NCBI GenBank assembly: GCA_016185345.1
Contig: JACPNS010000013.1
Span: forward strand, 10,432 to 74,431
Direction of reading: 5' to 3'
DNA: 64,000 nucleotides
Origin: Solirubrobacterales bacterium
Lineage (GTDB): Bacteria > Actinomycetota > Thermoleophilia > Solirubrobacterales > JACPNS01
Part shown: in pieces, positions 35,533-44,008 of the stretch
Layout: the number at the start of each line of letters is the position of its first letter
Numbering within the stretch: position 1 is the stretch's first letter
Program-made: the position numbers and the translations under genes
The notes under the pieces: model-generated
What the model was told of the DNA's origin: nothing
Databases searched by the model: none
Seen by the model: only the letters and a program-made list of their open reading frames with translations

Positions 35533-36288
35533 TCAGTGCGCGGAGTCTGCTCCGAGTCGCCCGACAGTCGGCTCATCGGCCGGGGAGTCAAACGGATCGA
35601 CACGCTTGTCCGTGCCGAACAGCGGCAGCGGGTCGCCGCAGATCTCGATCAGGCGCGAGACCGTGCGTTCGCCAATCTGGTCAGAGAGCTGCTGGCCAAG
35701 CAAATTGGTCGTGATCGTGATCGCCCTGTTCTCCTCGTAGCGCTCGTTGACGATCGAGTAGAGCTGCTCGAGCACCCACTCGGTCTGTTGTTCCGCCCCG
35801 AGGTCATCCAGGTGCAGGAGGTCGACGGCGGTGAGCTTGCGGAAGAGCTGGGCGTACGAAGAATCGGAGTCTGAGTCGAAGGTGTTGCGGATCTCGGCGA
35901 GCAGACGCGGCACAGAATAGATCGCGACAGAGTGACCAGCGCGCAGAGCCTCTTTGCTGACGAGCATTGCCAGTGTGGTCTTGCCCGTCCCGGTGTCGCC
36001 GGTGAACCAGAGGCCCTTGCCTGCGGCAAGCTGATCGTCGATCGTGCGGATGTACTTGAGCACGGCGCGAGAGATGTCGGGCGGAAAGTTGAGCGTGCGA
36101 CCGGAGCTGGCGATCTGACGACCGTCGTCCGAAATCGCAATGCCGGCGTAGCGACGCGGGATCGTCGTGATCAGACCACGTGTGCGGGCGCGGCGCAACG
36201 TCTCCTCACGACAGACACAGGCGACGGCTTCGCCGTCGTCACCGAGCACCCAGGTGGCGCCGTCGCAATGCGGACATACCCATGCCAC
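35533..36288 (-). CDS. DnaC/DnaI/IstB-family AAA+ ATPase with N-terminal Cys-rich motif (putative helicase loader)
   Basis: CPHCDG...CVC N-terminus, Walker A GDTGTGKTTLA, Walker B LLHLDDLG, sensor ITTN. It starts 4 nt after the dnaB stop. Confidence 0.7.
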   Translation of the reverse strand: MAWVCPHCDGATWVLGDDGEAVACVCREETLRRARTRGLITTIPRRYAGIAISDDGRQIASSGRTLNFPPDISRAVLKYIRTIDDQLAAGKGLWFTGDTGTGKTTLAMLVSKEALRAGHSVAIYSVPRLLAEIRNTFDSDSDSSYAQLFRKLTAVDLLHLDDLGAEQQTEWVLEQLYSIVNERYEENRAITITTNLLGQQLSDQIGERTVSRLIEICGDPLPLFGTDKRVDPFDSPADEPTVGRLGADSAH

Positions 36289-36291
36289 GGC

Positions 36292-38232
36292 CTAAAACTC
36301 GACTTCTTCGTCGTATCCGTCGCTGACGCGAGCAGCCGGGCCGCGGTCGGGATTGTTCCCACCACCGTCGTCGTAGCCCTTCGGCTTGTTCGTGAACTTC
36401 GGGTAGTGGTGCAGGAAGGTGAGCTCGACATCGCCCACGGGACCGTTGCGGTGCTTGGCAAAAATGATGTCCGCGATCCCTGGGCGCTCGCTGTCTTCGC
36501 GGAGGTAGTACTCCTCGCGGTAGATGAAGGCAACGACGTCTGCGTCTTGCTCGATCTGGCCTGAGTTGTGAGTGACGATTCCGTCGTTGGCCAACCAGTT
36601 GGACGGACCCGGAACTGTCAGGTCGAAAACCGGCGCCACTCCGGCTTCCTCGATGCTCTCGACTTTGGCCCAGCTCGGCTCGCCGGGCGGCCGCGCGGAA
36701 TCTTCACTCGCGCCAGGCGCGAGCGCCACGGCGAGCGCCTTGCATCGGATCTTGCTCTCGCCGGGAATCAATGCGCCAGCTTTCTGCCAGCCCTCACGAG
36801 TCAGGACCAGGTGGTCGGGCGTAGAGATGAGCTCGCGACCGCCGTCCATACGCACACGAATGGTTGCTCTCTCGCCGACTTCCCAGACGGCGTCGCACTG
36901 TGCGCCGATGAACGTGTGAGAGCCCTCGTCAAATGCGATCACTTCGTGTTCCGCTCCGACCAGATCCTCGATCGGAACGCGTCGGCCGTTGGCCAGGTGC
37001 ACGAGCGTCTCGCCGACCACACATTCACGAAGATCCGAAAGCTGCGGCCGCGGCGGCTGGCGGCTCTCCACGGCACGCGAAAGCTGCGAAACAGCGATCA
37101 CCGGCACATCAAGCTCACGAGCCAGAATTTTCAGACCACGCGACATCTGCGCGACCTGTTCAACACGGCTGTCGCGGCCGTCATTGGCGCGCAAGAGTTG
37201 TAGGTAGTCAACGATGATCAGGCCAAGGCCGGTCTTGCCGTCTGCGTTCTCCTGGCCGAGAAACTTGCCGTGGAGGCGGCGGGCCTTGGCGCGCAGTTCG
37301 ATGATGTTGATGTCTGACGAGTCATCGATCCAGAGCGGGGCGGTGTCGAATGACTGCGCTGCCTCGAGGACCTTGGGCCAGTCGGTCTTCCTGATCTGGC
37401 CCTTACGCATCGCGTCACCGCTGATCTTCGCCTGGGAGGCAAGGAAGCGCTGGGACAATTCAGTCTTGGACATCTCGAGCGAGAAGATCGCGACCGGGTA
37501 GCCCTTCAGCGCGGCGTTCTCGGCGATATTGGTGACCAGCGCCGACTTGCCCATTGAAGGACGCGCGGCGATGATGATCAGGTTCCCGCCCTGGAGGCCG
37601 CCCGTCAGCTCGTCCATGTCGCGGAAGCCGGTCGGCGTACCGGTGACTGCGTTGCCGTGCAGAGACTGTTTCTCAAGCGCGTCGATTTCTTCGTGGAGGA
37701 TTTCTGAAAGCTGGACGAGTTCGCCGGACTGGTTGTCCTGGGCGACCTCGAAGACGCGCTGCTGGGCGCGCTCGAGCAACTCACGCGGATCGCCATCGCG
37801 CGTGGTGACCGACTCCTGGATCTCCTGGGTGGCACGGATCAGCCCGCGCAGCAGCGAGTTTTCCTTGACGATGTGCCCGTATTGCTTCGTGTTTCCGAGC
37901 GAAGGGATGCGCGTGACGAGGGTCTCTATGTAGTCCTTGCCTCCGGCCTCTTCGAGCAGACCGGTCTCGGCCAGGCGGGCAGCCACCGTCAGCGTGTCAA
38001 TCGCCTCGCTGTCGGAGTTGAGCTGAATCATCGCCTTGAAGATCACGCGGTTGCGCGGGCGGTAGAAGTCTTCGGGGTTCAGGTGGACGTCGACCGTGAT
38101 CGTGTCGAACCATCGGTCGGCGAGCATGATCGCGCCGAGGACCGAGGCCTCGGCCTCCTCGTCATGGGGTGGCGCAGCGGCGGCCCCAATGAGGCCGTTG
38201 CCATTTGCCGGCTGCGTGCCGGGATCAGCCAA
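36292..38232 (-). CDS. dnaB: replicative DNA helicase DnaB (intein-containing precursor)
   Basis: PPHDEEAEASVLGA, GFRDMDELTGGL, Walker A ARPSMGKSA, IIVDYLQL, and SDLRE / SGQIEQDAD split by a 153-codon insert. Confidence 0.9.
   Translation of the reverse strand: MADPGTQPANGNGLIGAAAAPPHDEEAEASVLGAIMLADRWFDTITVDVHLNPEDFYRPRNRVIFKAMIQLNSDSEAIDTLTVAARLAETGLLEEAGGKDYIETLVTRIPSLGNTKQYGHIVKENSLLRGLIRATQEIQESVTTRDGDPRELLERAQQRVFEVAQDNQSGELVQLSEILHEEIDALEKQSLHGNAVTGTPTGFRDMDELTGGLQGGNLIIIAARPSMGKSALVTNIAENAALKGYPVAIFSLEMSKTELSQRFLASQAKISGDAMRKGQIRKTDWPKVLEAAQSFDTAPLWIDDSSDINIIELRAKARRLHGKFLGQENADGKTGLGLIIVDYLQLLRANDGRDSRVEQVAQMSRGLKILARELDVPVIAVSQLSRAVESRQPPRPQLSDLRECVVGETLVHLANGRRVPIEDLVGAEHEVIAFDEGSHTFIGAQCDAVWEVGERATIRVRMDGGRELISTPDHLVLTREGWQKAGALIPGESKIRCKALAVALAPGASEDSARPPGEPSWAKVESIEEAGVAPVFDLTVPGPSNWLANDGIVTHNSGQIEQDADVVAFIYREEYYLREDSERPGIADIIFAKHRNGPVGDVELTFLHHYPKFTNKPKGYDDGGGNNPDRGPAARVSDGYDEEVEF
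36565..37023 (-). mobile_element. mini-intein (153 codons) within dnaB
   Basis: It starts with Cys (CVVGETLV) and contains TPDHLVLT (T-x-x-H). It ends ...NWLANDGIVTHN, followed by Ser at +1. No endonuclease domain is evident. Confidence 0.8.
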
Positions 38233-38256
38233 GCCGCATCACTGCGGCCATGCCGC

Positions 38257-38709
38257 TTATTCCTTTGAGGTGACGATCGTCTTCACGTCGGCAGTTACGC
38301 CTTCGTGGACATCGACAGTGATCGTGTAGGTGCCGACCTCGCGGATCGGCTCTTCGATGTGGACGTCCTTGCGCTCGAGACGAATGCCACGGGCGTCCTT
38401 GATCGCTTCAACGATCTCCTTCGGGGTGACCGAACCGAACAGGCGACCCTCGGGGCCGGCCTCTTCCTCGATCGTGAGCACCGTCTTACCTAGCAGCGCG
38501 GCGATGTCGCCGGCCTTCTCGGCGCGGTACGTCGCGGCCTCCTCAGCTTCCTTCATCAGGCGCTGAGCCTGCTCGATCGACTTGCGGTTTGCAGTCGCCG
38601 CCAACTGACGCGGGGCGAGGAAGTTACGCAGGTAGCCCGGAGCGACGTCTACGACGTCACCCTTCTCGCCGAGGTTCTCGACGTCCTGCAGAAGAATTGC
38701 CTGTGCCAT
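38257..38709 (-). CDS. rplI: 50S ribosomal protein L9
   Basis: MAQAILLQDVENLGEKGDVVDVAPGYLRNFL. Confidence 0.9.
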   Translation of the reverse strand: MAQAILLQDVENLGEKGDVVDVAPGYLRNFLAPRQLAATANRKSIEQAQRLMKEAEEAATYRAEKAGDIAALLGKTVLTIEEEAGPEGRLFGSVTPKEIVEAIKDARGIRLERKDVHIEEPIREVGTYTITVDVHEGVTADVKTIVTSKE

Positions 38710-39002
38710 TAGCCCTTTGCCCCCGGACGACCTTCAGCGACGTACGGCAGCAGCGCGATCTCGCGGGCGCGCTTGACGGCGCGTGCGATCTGCGTCTGGT
38801 GACGACGGCAGCTGCCGGTGTTGCCACGGCCCTTGAGCTTGCCGCGCTCACTGACGAAGCGACGAAGCGTCTCGACGTCCTTGTAATCGACCTTGTCGAT
38901 TTTGTTCTGGCACAGCGTGCATGACTTGCGACGGCCGTTGCGGGCATCGCGCTTGTCACGCTTCGAAGAAGTCGATGTGCTGCGTGGCTTGGGCTTGGGC
39001 AT
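38709..39002 (-). CDS. rpsR: 30S ribosomal protein S18
   Basis: IDKVDYKDVETLRRFVSERGKL..R..TG.C..HQ..IA.A.KRAR. Confidence 0.9.
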   Translation of the reverse strand: MPKPKPRSTSTSSKRDKRDARNGRRKSCTLCQNKIDKVDYKDVETLRRFVSERGKLKGRGNTGSCRRHQTQIARAVKRAREIALLPYVAEGRPGAKG

Positions 39003-39123
39003 TCTGGTTCTGGTCCTTTGGTCTGGCTGAAGATTTGACGCCGGGCGCGGCGGTAGCCTGCGCCCAGCATCAATGAAAAATTGGTCTCCCGCTAGAGAAA
39101 CCAGTGATCTTCAGATCAGGTCT

Positions 39124-39612
39124 CTAGAACGGAATGTCGTCCTCGGACGGTGCGCTTGCACCACCGGAGGCACCTGCGCCAACAGGCTGGAAGTCAGACT
39201 GATCGGCTCCGCCGGACTGTCCAGTGTTGCCAGAAGACGCATAACCACCACTGTTCCCACCGGATGACGCGTCGTCGCGGCCTCCCAGGAACTGGACGGT
39301 GTCGGCGATTATATCGACGCCTTGGCGCTTATTGCCTTCTTTGTCCTGCCATTCGCGCCAGTCGAGGCGGCCGTCGATTGCGACGGGGCGTCCTTTGCTG
39401 AGGAACTTGGCGACGTTGTCGCCCTGCGCGCCCCAGACTTTGACGTTGAAGTAGTTGGGCTTGTCGACCCACTGACCGGACTCGTTGTCCTTGCGACGAC
39501 CGTTGACGGCGATGCGGAGATCGCAGACAGTCGTGCCTGACGGGAGTGTGTTTACGACCGGGTCAGCGGTGAGGTTGCCGGTAACAATTACGCGGTTGAT
39601 GTTCTGGGCCAT
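39124..39612 (-). CDS. ssb: single-stranded DNA-binding protein
   Basis: NINRVIVTGNLTADP, a Gly-rich linker, and the acidic tip EDDIPF. Confidence 0.9.
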   Translation of the reverse strand: MAQNINRVIVTGNLTADPVVNTLPSGTTVCDLRIAVNGRRKDNESGQWVDKPNYFNVKVWGAQGDNVAKFLSKGRPVAIDGRLDWREWQDKEGNKRQGVDIIADTVQFLGGRDDASSGGNSGGYASSGNTGQSGGADQSDFQPVGAGASGGASAPSEDDIPF

Positions 39613-39833
39613 GAGATTTGTCCTTTCGTGCTTATTTGTGGGTGCCGGACCGGTTAGAGCCCGGTCATTACGTGCGATGACCAGTTGTAGTCGCTATTCG
39701 GTCGCCCGTGGGGCGATCAACGACAGTATTTACGCAAACACGGCAAACAATTTGCGGAGCCGTGACTTGCTTATACAAAGCGTCGCAAAAGCACCGGACG
39801 GCTTCGCCGACACGTTCGCGGGAAAGTGGAGAA

Positions 39834-40364
39834 CTACTCGGTCGGAGCTTCGGCGGGGGCGGGGGCTTCAGCCTCCGCGGGTGCCTCTTCGGCAGCGGCT
39901 CCGGCGGGTGCCTCGGCCTCGGCGGGAGCAGCATCACCGGCGGGGGCGTCTGCAGCAGGCGCCTCGTCAGCGGCCGGAGCCTCGTCGAGCTCGGCAGTTG
40001 CCTGAGCCTCACGCGGCGGGCGCTCGTATCCGCGCTCTTCCTTCTTGAACAGCGGCGGGGCCTCGGGCAGGTCGCCCTCGGTCTCGGTCTCGAAGATGCG
40101 GAAGCGCAGAACGCCTTCGGTCAACTTGAAAGCGCGGTCGAGCGTTGCGATCGCAGCCGGCTCTGACTCAAAACGGAAAAGGCTGTAGTCGGCCTGCTCG
40201 TGGTGGTCGATCAGGTACGGCAGCTGGCGTACGCCCCAGGCCTTGGTTGCCTTGATCTCGCCGTGCTGCTTGAGCAGGGCTTCGGCGTCGGTGATGATTT
40301 TTGTGCGTGTGTCGGTCGGCGCGTCGGCATCGAGCAGCACGACCAGTTCGTACGAGTTAGGCAT
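39834..40364 (-). CDS. rpsF: 30S ribosomal protein S6 with long Ala/Glu/Pro-rich C-terminal tail
   Basis: The ATG at 40364 gives MPNSYELVVLLD. The tail of about 80 aa is low complexity (EAPAADEAPAADAPAGD...). Confidence 0.85.
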   Translation of the reverse strand: MPNSYELVVLLDADAPTDTRTKIITDAEALLKQHGEIKATKAWGVRQLPYLIDHHEQADYSLFRFESEPAAIATLDRAFKLTEGVLRFRIFETETEGDLPEAPPLFKKEERGYERPPREAQATAELDEAPAADEAPAADAPAGDAAPAEAEAPAGAAAEEAPAEAEAPAPAEAPTE

Positions 40365-40494
40365 CTTTGTGAAAGCTTCTTTGGATAGCGGATCTGTAAT
40401 AAGCAGCAAGAGTCGGGACTGCTGCTGCGCGGCGGAAAAAATTAAATCGCGCGCAGGGGGGTAAACGTTAGCCGCTCAAACCCTTAATGAGTGG

Positions 40495-40911
40495 ATGGAC
40501 GTCATTTCCGACCATTCACAGGCCAAAGGCGAGCAGTCCTCGGCGCCTCAGTTCGATCACCGCATTCGCTGGGGCAACGTCGCCCTGGCTCTTGCGGCGC
40601 TCGTTGCGATCGTTGCTGCGATCGGGCTTCCGCGAACGGCCGAGCGACCAACGAGCGACCAATTGATCGCGCCCGTGACCGAACTGGTCACTGCACCCGT
40701 GCCCACGCCGCCGACGGCGGCAGCCGCCGAGCTTCGCACGAAGCGAGCTCCGAAAAGGCGCGTCAAACGCAGGCCACGAAAGCAGAAGCAAGCAGAGCAA
40801 GCGCAGCCAGAGCAGTCGGTTCCCGCGACGTCCACGCCTATACCGACGCCGGTGCCGGCCATGCCAGCACCGGACCAAACCCCGGCCGCCGAGCGCGAGT
40901 TCGGCCTGTAA
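40495..40911 (+). CDS. membrane-anchored Pro/Lys-rich hypothetical protein
   Basis: One TM segment (VALALAALVAIVAAIGL), then a Pro/Ala/basic low-complexity region. Confidence 0.4.
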   Translation: MDVISDHSQAKGEQSSAPQFDHRIRWGNVALALAALVAIVAAIGLPRTAERPTSDQLIAPVTELVTAPVPTPPTAAAAELRTKRAPKRRVKRRPRKQKQAEQAQPEQSVPATSTPIPTPVPAMPAPDQTPAAEREFGL

Positions 40912-40923
40912 GGAGAGAACCTG

Positions 40924-42477
40924 ATGAGAACCGCATTGTTCGCGAGCATGCTCGCCACCCTCGTCTTGGCGACGACCGCGAGCGCCAACGAGTACGTCGT
41001 CTATTCATGCAAAACGCCGAGTGGCGCGCCCGCGCCGACCGACGGCTGGAGCGCCACCGGCGGCGCGAGTTTCGGCTGGGCAGTCGATCGCTGCGGGAGT
41101 GGAGGTTCGCTCGGCGCAGGAATGGGCGGTCCGTCCCAGCCAGCCAACGTCGCGAGCATCGGATGGGGATTCGACTCGGGGGCGGCGCCGATCCGCAGCT
41201 ACAAGATCGATCGAAGTGGACGAGTCAGCGGCGGTGGCTTTGGCGTTTCGATGTTCATGTTCACCGCGAACGCACAAAATGATCCCAACGGCGGGCGCCA
41301 GGTTGACTACTGCGCCGCTCACCTCGCGTGCCAATCGATCAGCGGGTCGGTCACTCGGGACGGCGCGAGCATCCCCGGCGGCTCCCGCAGCTGGTTTTTC
41401 ACCATGGCCTGTGGCGGATACGCGGGAGAACTCTGTACTCACCCCGGGTCTCCAGACTTCGGTCAGGTCAACGTGAACTCTGCGGCCTTCACGCTCGAGG
41501 ACGACGAACAGCCCAGCTTCGCCGCCGTCGGCGGATCGCTCACCGCGGACGGTGCGAGCTTCGGCACGATTGGCTTCATGGCGAGCGATGACGTGAGCGG
41601 CATCGCTCGCGCGACGATCGAGGTCGATGGATCAGAACTCGTATCGATCGTCCCCAATGCGAACGGTGGGCGCTGCAATCGCCTCGGTCAGGCCGGCGCG
41701 ACGAACGACTATCTCTACCGCCGCCCCTGCCCGGCCAGACAACAGGTCGAGCTGACACTGCCGCGAAACACGCTGATCAACGGCGAACACACCATCCGGG
41801 CGCGCGCCTACGACGCAGCAGGGAATTCCGTCACGGCCTTCGGTCCCAGACGCATTCAGGTCACTGGTTCCCTGGTCACCGGACTGTCGGCCGCGAAGAT
41901 TTCAGCCGACGGATCGACCGACATGGTTGCCAACTATGGCCGCAGTGTTCGCATCAACGGAACGCTCCGGACCAACACCGGCGAACCGATCGCGGGAGCG
42001 CGGATCGAGTCGACCTTTGACTCGTCGGCAGCAACACGTTCGCGGATCGGCCGCGCCGTTCACACCGATGCCGATGGCCGTTTCTCGATCTCGATACGAG
42101 CCCTTGCCAACCGAACCTGGGCGCTCACCAACCAGGACACAGGTGCAAAGCTGACTGGCAAGCTCAAGGTTCGCTCGCGAATCGCGCTTCGCACTTCGCG
42201 TAAACGCGTACGCGCATTCGGCAAGATGCGTCTGACAGGTGGCATTTCAAGCGAGCGCGCAAAGAACGGCGCAAGCGTCGCGATCAAAGTCAAGAACGGT
42301 CGGCGCTGGCGCACCGTCGCCGTGGTCCGCGCGACACGCGCGGGCAACTTCAAATTCAACTATCGCTTCACACGAGTCAGTCGGACGTCTCTGCGTTTCC
42401 GCGCCGTCGCGTTGAAATCAAGTGATCTGACAGTGGCGGCTTCTCCTTCGAGGAGCGTGACAATTCGCGTCGGCTAA
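40924..42477 (+). CDS. secreted hypothetical protein with carboxypeptidase-regulatory-like beta-sandwich region
   Basis: Signal peptide MRTALFASMLATLVLATTASA. INGTLRTNTGEPIAGARIE...TDADGRFSI resembles the CarboxypepD_reg motif. Confidence 0.5.
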   Translation: MRTALFASMLATLVLATTASANEYVVYSCKTPSGAPAPTDGWSATGGASFGWAVDRCGSGGSLGAGMGGPSQPANVASIGWGFDSGAAPIRSYKIDRSGRVSGGGFGVSMFMFTANAQNDPNGGRQVDYCAAHLACQSISGSVTRDGASIPGGSRSWFFTMACGGYAGELCTHPGSPDFGQVNVNSAAFTLEDDEQPSFAAVGGSLTADGASFGTIGFMASDDVSGIARATIEVDGSELVSIVPNANGGRCNRLGQAGATNDYLYRRPCPARQQVELTLPRNTLINGEHTIRARAYDAAGNSVTAFGPRRIQVTGSLVTGLSAAKISADGSTDMVANYGRSVRINGTLRTNTGEPIAGARIESTFDSSAATRSRIGRAVHTDADGRFSISIRALANRTWALTNQDTGAKLTGKLKVRSRIALRTSRKRVRAFGKMRLTGGISSERAKNGASVAIKVKNGRRWRTVAVVRATRAGNFKFNYRFTRVSRTSLRFRAVALKSSDLTVAASPSRSVTIRVG

Positions 42478-43985
42478 GCATCCACCGCGCGCAGCTCGCG
42501 GCGGCGAGAAATATCAGACAACTGATCATTGATCCAGTCGCCCGGGTTGCGCTCGGTCACTGCGCGCTTGAGGCCTTCGGCGCGTTCGGAACGGTCGCTC
42601 ATCGACATCGAGAGTGCGCGGAAGATCGCGTCGGCCTGTTCTTGAATGTCAAACGGGTTCACCGAGATCGCGAACTCGCCGAGCTCCTCGTGGGCGCCCG
42701 TGTTCTCGGACAGAATCGAGACGCCGTGGCGCTCGTTGATCAGCGGACCTTCTTTGGCGACGAGGTTCATGCCGTCGAACATCGGGTTGACGATCAGAAG
42801 GTCGTAGTGCTTGTACTCGGCGATCGCCTCGTTGACGTCGTCGCGCATGCGCAGGTCGATCGGCATCCAGTCCGGGGTGCCGTGCCGATGGTTGACCACC
42901 GCGACCAGTGCCTCGATCTTCTCGAGGTACTCCGCGTACTCGGGCACGTCGGTACGTGACGGCATCAGGTGAGCGATGAACGTCACCTTCTCAACGAACT
43001 CGGGGTGCTGATCGAGGAACAGATCGAACGCGGTGAAACCGCGCAGCACGTTCTTTGAAAGGTCCGCGCGATCGACGCGCAGAATAAGGTGGTCGCGGCG
43101 GCGGCGCAGGATCTCGCGCTCGAACTCGTGCACGCCCGGCTTCTGCGCGCTGAGCATGAATGCCTCGGCGTCGATCGGCAAGGGGTACGCGCGCACCCAC
43201 GTCTCGTGGCCCTCAAAGATCACGCGGCCGTTCTTCTCGTCGACCTCGGCGTCGGGCAGGAGCTCGCGGCAGCACAGGAGGAAGTTGCGCTTGTAGGAGT
43301 GCGTGTGGAAGCCGACGATGTCGTTGGCGAGCACGCCGCGGTAGATCTCGTCGCGGATTCGATTGGGCAACACGCGCCAGGCGTCGGGCTGGGTCCAGGG
43401 GATGTGGATGAAGTGGTGGAGGAAGACATCCGGCCGGGCCGTGCGAATCACGCCGGGCATCGTGTAGAGGTGGTAGTCGTGGACCATCACGACTGGCGAT
43501 TCGGCTCCCTCGATTTCCTGGAGCACGGCGCGCGCGAGGTCTTCGTTGACGACGCGATAACCGAGGTCGAAGGCATCGACCTCCTGCTGGCGAATGTCCG
43601 GAGCGTTCGAGAGATCCCAGAGGTAGTGCTGGATGAACCACAGCATCGGGTTGGCGATCACGTTGTAGAAGCGGTCGTACGCCAGTTCGTCACTGTGCAC
43701 CAACCGCACTCGGTACTCGGTGTCGTCATTCGGCTTCACTGCGAACGCGCCGTGATTGTTCTCGGCACTCACGAGCGCGTCTTCCTCGGTCATCGCCGAA
43801 GCGACCCAGAGCGTGTCGTTGCGGTGGTTGACCAGACCTGTGAGCGCAGTTACAAGCCCGCCAGTGCCGCGCTTCGCAAAGCGCTGGCCGTTCTCGTCGA
43901 GGTCGTAGGTGACTGGCCCGCGATTGGACACCAGAACCAATGGCGCATCGACCAACGAAGTAACTGCACCACTCTCGGAAGACAT
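42474..43985 (-). CDS. otsA: alpha,alpha-trehalose-phosphate synthase (GT20)
   Basis: LVSNRGP, VMVHDYHL, GMNLVAKE. Confidence 0.85.
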   Translation of the reverse strand: MSSESGAVTSLVDAPLVLVSNRGPVTYDLDENGQRFAKRGTGGLVTALTGLVNHRNDTLWVASAMTEEDALVSAENNHGAFAVKPNDDTEYRVRLVHSDELAYDRFYNVIANPMLWFIQHYLWDLSNAPDIRQQEVDAFDLGYRVVNEDLARAVLQEIEGAESPVVMVHDYHLYTMPGVIRTARPDVFLHHFIHIPWTQPDAWRVLPNRIRDEIYRGVLANDIVGFHTHSYKRNFLLCCRELLPDAEVDEKNGRVIFEGHETWVRAYPLPIDAEAFMLSAQKPGVHEFEREILRRRRDHLILRVDRADLSKNVLRGFTAFDLFLDQHPEFVEKVTFIAHLMPSRTDVPEYAEYLEKIEALVAVVNHRHGTPDWMPIDLRMRDDVNEAIAEYKHYDLLIVNPMFDGMNLVAKEGPLINERHGVSILSENTGAHEELGEFAISVNPFDIQEQADAIFRALSMSMSDRSERAEGLKRAVTERNPGDWINDQLSDISRRRELRAVDA

Positions 43986-44008
43986 TGGCCAAGCCTACCG
44001 GCAGGCCG

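Noticed and set aside
35533-36288. IstB helper of an IS21-family insertion sequence
   Set aside because: There is no IstA transposase or inverted repeats nearby. The gene sits 4 nt after dnaB on the same strand and has an N-terminal Cys motif like DnaI, so I treat it as a loader candidate instead.
39613-39833. 221-nt gap between rpsF and ssb with three short hairpins as a candidate ncRNA
   Set aside because: The stems are only 6 bp and there is no conserved-motif evidence available by eye. It is more simply an intergenic spacer with weak attenuator or terminator structures.
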